The notes under the pieces: model-generated
Databases searched by the model: none
The model's input: only the letters and a program-made list of their open reading frames with translations
Told to the model about the DNA's origin: nothing
Program-made: the position numbers and the translations under genes
Shown here: one piece after another, positions 16,614 to 20,544 of the stretch
Position numbering within the stretch: the first letter of the stretch is position 1
Layout: every line of letters starts with the position of its first letter
Origin: an uncultured Deinococcales bacterium
GTDB taxonomy: Bacteria > Deinococcota > Deinococci > Deinococcales > JAAFIG01
Direction: 5' to 3'
DNA length: 20,544 nucleotides
NCBI GenBank assembly: GCA_964247135.1
Contig: CAXTTL010000067.1
Coordinates: forward strand, 1 to 20,544

Positions 16614-17288
16614 TTAGGAGATGGCAACGAATTCAATCCAACCTGGCGAAATCTTCGTACATGAATTACCTTCACCACACAATCTTTCAAGATGCAAGCC
16701 TTGTTTCCAATCCAAGAAGTACATGATTTCCCAAGAATTTACTTCTCCCAACCCGTGAGACTCCATGACTGGGATCATAATTTCTCTGCCATTACAATTT
16801 GGATGAAGCCGTAAAGGAATGCCCAAAAACGATTGTTTGAGAACAATGTCTTGCTTTTCTGTGATTGTATTGTCGTTGCAAGGATGATTCCCAATTTTGG
16901 CACGGATTTCTGTGGCAACCCGCTCAAACTCGGCTTTATTTTCTTTGAAGATTGAAGAAAATTTCTCGTCGGTTCGATAACCGTTCTTAATGAGTTTATA
17001 TTCCACAAACTCTCGAGAATATTTGGGGACTTGTAATCCAAAAAGAGCAAAAACCAAGAATGCAATCAACGAAGCCCCAGATGCAAAATTTTGGAGACTC
17101 TTGATTTTCCAAATGCGAAAAGCAAAATTGACAAACCCAATGCTGACTATAGTAAAAATTGGAACGTTTATGATGATTGCAAAGCCTCCAACGGATAGTG
17201 GATTTTTTAGCCAAACGAATGAAGCATAGAAGAACAACCCCAAGAAAATCAGGTATCCTAAAATCACAGTTCTATTCGTTCTGAACAT
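16614..17288 (-). CDS. Hypothetical membrane protein, low GC
   Basis: 224-aa ORF with three N-terminal TM segments and a soluble C-terminal domain with 4 Cys; AAAGGA RBS. Confidence 0.7.
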   Translation of the reverse strand: MFRTNRTVILGYLIFLGLFFYASFVWLKNPLSVGGFAIIINVPIFTIVSIGFVNFAFRIWKIKSLQNFASGASLIAFLVFALFGLQVPKYSREFVEYKLIKNGYRTDEKFSSIFKENKAEFERVATEIRAKIGNHPCNDNTITEKQDIVLKQSFLGIPLRLHPNCNGREIMIPVMESHGLGEVNSWEIMYFLDWKQGLHLERLCGEGNSCTKISPGWIEFVAIS

Positions 17289-17348
17289 CGAAATCCTTTC
17301 ACTGCCAACTTCACAATATCAATCTCGAGATGAGCGCGTTTTCATCTC

Positions 17349-18725
17349 TTAAAGCTGCCCAACATCGCCCCAAGTCTCGAGCAGGCGCAAATATTCGGGG
17401 TCTTCGTACCTCGAGGGCAAAAAAGCTCGAGCGTAATCGGGCAGTGCTGCGTTGGTGATGTGTGCGGTTAACAGTTCTCCCGCGCCGCAAGCCGCCATCA
17501 GTCCAAACCCGCCCATCGCGCCAATGATGTACGCGCCTTTCACGGGAAGTTCTCCAATGAGCGGTCGGTTCTCTCGAGTTTTGGTGTAATACCCGCCGTC
17601 CATGACTGGTTTTGGCGTGTGGTCAAAGTACCGTTTTAACCCTGGCACGAGCACGCTCATGGCGCGTAAAGCAATTTCTGGGGCTTCCGGGTCGTGAACA
17701 ATCGGGAAGGTCGGTTCGGTGGCTTGCGTGTGGTAGTTGCAGAGCATCAAAACATTGGTGCTCGAGTCACCACCTTCAGGGCGGCAGTGCGCCCCCGAAC
17801 CAAATGATCCCAGCAACCAGCGTGTGCTGTCGTCAGACTCGAGCACTTCGCGTTCCTCTTTTCCCCAAGGCAAGTACACTTCGTCGAGGTTGATCAGCAT
17901 GGGCACGTTGCGGGGAATCACGCCGAGGTGATCGTTGAAGTACAGTTTCAAATGGCGTTCGTTGATGATGGGCAACTCGAGTCCCAACATGTTCGCAACT
18001 TGGTTTTGCAATGGTCCTGCGGCGTTGACAAATTTAGAAGTTGAAATCGTGAACGTCTGTGCATCTCGAGTCACCTGCACGCCCTGCACCGCACCTTCGA
18101 GCACGTTTACGCCCGTCACCTCGCCTCGGATATACTGAACGCCATGTGCTTTGGCTTGCTCGAGCAAATACATGCCCAGTTGCTGCGCACTCAACCAGCC
18201 GCAACGCCGAGCGTGAAGTACCGCAATCACGGTTTCCTCGAGTTCTGGGAAGTGCGCTCGAATCAATTTAGGCTCGAGAATCAAGTCTGTGCCGTCCAGT
18301 CCACCCGCAAACCCGTGTGTCGAAGACGGCGTGTAATTTGACGTGCTCGAGTCGTGAATGCGCAATTTTCCGGCACCGTTTTTCTCGGCAATTTCGGCGG
18401 CTTCACGCATTTTAGGAATTTGATTTGGGTCGCTGGTGGCGTAGACATAACCACGCCGATTGAGGTGAATTTGATTGCCCGTCTCATTGGCAATCACCTC
18501 GAGCCAGTCGATGCTGCGGTTCATCAAACCAACCATCGCGTTGTCGATGCCGCCCCACCAGTTTCGGTAGCACTCGGTGGATTTGTCGCTCGTCATGGCA
18601 AGTGGTGTGTCCCGCTCGAGCAACACCACGTTTTGAACGTTTGACTTGACGGCAAGAAAGTACGCGGTGGCAATGCCTGCAATGCCAGCCCCACAAATGA
18701 CAACTTCGGCGTGTGAATCGGTCAT
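17349..18725 (-). CDS. FAD-dependent oxidoreductase (DAO / sarcosine oxidase beta-like)
   Basis: Rossmann motif VVICGAGIAG, VNAAGP, GYYTKTRENRPLIG and GGFGLMAA.GAGEL. Confidence 0.9.
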   Translation of the reverse strand: MTDSHAEVVICGAGIAGIATAYFLAVKSNVQNVVLLERDTPLAMTSDKSTECYRNWWGGIDNAMVGLMNRSIDWLEVIANETGNQIHLNRRGYVYATSDPNQIPKMREAAEIAEKNGAGKLRIHDSSTSNYTPSSTHGFAGGLDGTDLILEPKLIRAHFPELEETVIAVLHARRCGWLSAQQLGMYLLEQAKAHGVQYIRGEVTGVNVLEGAVQGVQVTRDAQTFTISTSKFVNAAGPLQNQVANMLGLELPIINERHLKLYFNDHLGVIPRNVPMLINLDEVYLPWGKEEREVLESDDSTRWLLGSFGSGAHCRPEGGDSSTNVLMLCNYHTQATEPTFPIVHDPEAPEIALRAMSVLVPGLKRYFDHTPKPVMDGGYYTKTRENRPLIGELPVKGAYIIGAMGGFGLMAACGAGELLTAHITNAALPDYARAFLPSRYEDPEYLRLLETWGDVGQL

Positions 18726-18748
18726 GGATATTCAACTCCAATGCAAAT

Positions 18749-19963
<1,215 letters not shown>

Positions 19964-19965
19964 TC

Positions 19966-19993
19966 AAAGAAAACGCCCCGAGTGGTCGGGGCG
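19966..19993 (-). terminator. Attenuator terminator in the tyrS leader
   Basis: CGCCCCGA-ccac-TCGGGGCG followed by TTTTCTTT, just upstream of the tyrS RBS (GAGGA). Confidence 0.85.
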
Positions 19994-20014
19994 AGAAAAC
20001 ATAAGCTCGAACCC

Positions 20015-20062
20015 TCAGACCAGAAAAGTCTTTGGGAAATAATATCGGGTTTGGTTCGACAT
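20015..20062 (-). CDS. Putative tyrS leader peptide MSNQTRYYFPKTFLV (leaderless uORF)
   Basis: ATG TCG AAC CAA ACC CGA TAT TAT TTC CCA AAG ACT TTT CTG GTC TGA, 7 nt after a TAGAAT box. Confidence 0.75.
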   Translation of the reverse strand: MSNQTRYYFPKTFLV

Positions 20063-20069
20063 GCTCGAG

Positions 20070-20075
20070 ATTCTA
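20070..20075 (-). promoter_or_regulatory. -10 box of the tyrS leader transcript
   Basis: TAGAAT-ctcgagc-ATG. Confidence 0.7.
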
Positions 20076-20135
20076 ACGCTTAAACAAATTTTGGGCAACA
20101 AAAACGAAAAGTTGGCTCAGGATTAGAATCCCGAG

Positions 20136-20435
20136 TTAAATCAATCGATTGATCCAATATGGACTGCGTTTATGATGTGTGATGGCATAAATGACCAGCA
20201 TGTTGCTTTCAATGCGGTAAATCAGGTGATATGGAAAACCTCGAAGGTTCAAACGTCGTGCATCAAATTGTTGTAAATCTCTACCCATTTCAGGCATCAC
20301 CAAGAGCATCTCGATAGCCTCCTGAAAAGCCGCATTGAACCTATCGCCAAAACCCTCACTTTGCGCCTCGAGATACCCGACAACCGCCAAGTATTCGGCA
20401 AGTGCTTCATCAGATAAAACGCTAATCTCGAGCAT
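20136..20435 (-). CDS. RelE/ParE family type II toxin
   Basis: EA..E......Y......G.RF......I..L...PEMG......R......FPY.LIYR......I.AI.H.KR.P pattern. ATG 20435 overlaps the end of the antitoxin gene. Confidence 0.9.
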   Translation of the reverse strand: MLEISVLSDEALAEYLAVVGYLEAQSEGFGDRFNAAFQEAIEMLLVMPEMGRDLQQFDARRLNLRGFPYHLIYRIESNMLVIYAITHHKRSPYWINRLI

Positions 20436-20544
20436 TGGTTTTGGCAATCACAACTTTGGCTTGTGCCAGAGCTTCTGAGAACGGAATCAGTTTGCTCTCA
20501 TTACGTTCAACACGTTTGATGCGTTTACCAATTTCTTCCAACCA
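20422..20544 (-). CDS. 3' end of putative addiction-module antitoxin, partial
   Basis: Frame reads WLEEIGKRIKRVERNESKLIPFSEALAQAKVVIAKTNARD*, resembling the 'W..EI.RR......G...IP.EE' antitoxin C-terminus; overlaps the toxin start. Confidence 0.7.
   Translation of the reverse strand, partial: WLEEIGKRIKRVERNESKLIPFSEALAQAKVVIAKTNARD

Overview
Bacterial chromosomal window (about 52-53% GC by eye), most likely a Deinococcota (Deinococcales-like) genome. That assignment is inferred from gene content and many leaderless TANNNT-N6/7-start promoters. The genes are mostly housekeeping and transport: the end of an osmoprotectant ABC operon, an Ig-like lipoprotein, a YlmH-like S4 protein, a DUF218 protein, deoB, an amino-acid ABC substrate-binding protein, mazG plus a CoA Nudix hydrolase, a P450 with a divergent TetR, a P-loop protein, an ABC-F ATPase, ydcSTUV, two hypotheticals, an FAD oxidoreductase, tyrS and a RelE/ParE toxin-antitoxin pair. 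The non-coding DNA holds the most interesting signals. (1) A family of 37-40 nt hairpin micro-elements (TTCTTGA...GCACC-loop-GGGC...TCRC) with covarying stems sits in the loops of other hairpins, namely two GTAG-REPs and copies of itself (nested). (2) tyrS is preceded by a leaderless Tyr-Tyr leader peptide with a terminator/antiterminator. (3) The ABC-F gene is preceded by an MTRLR leader (macrolide-arrest-type motif) and a terminator. (4) About 150 copies of the palindrome CTCGAG occur (HIP-like), several of them in -10 boxes and Shine-Dalgarno sites.
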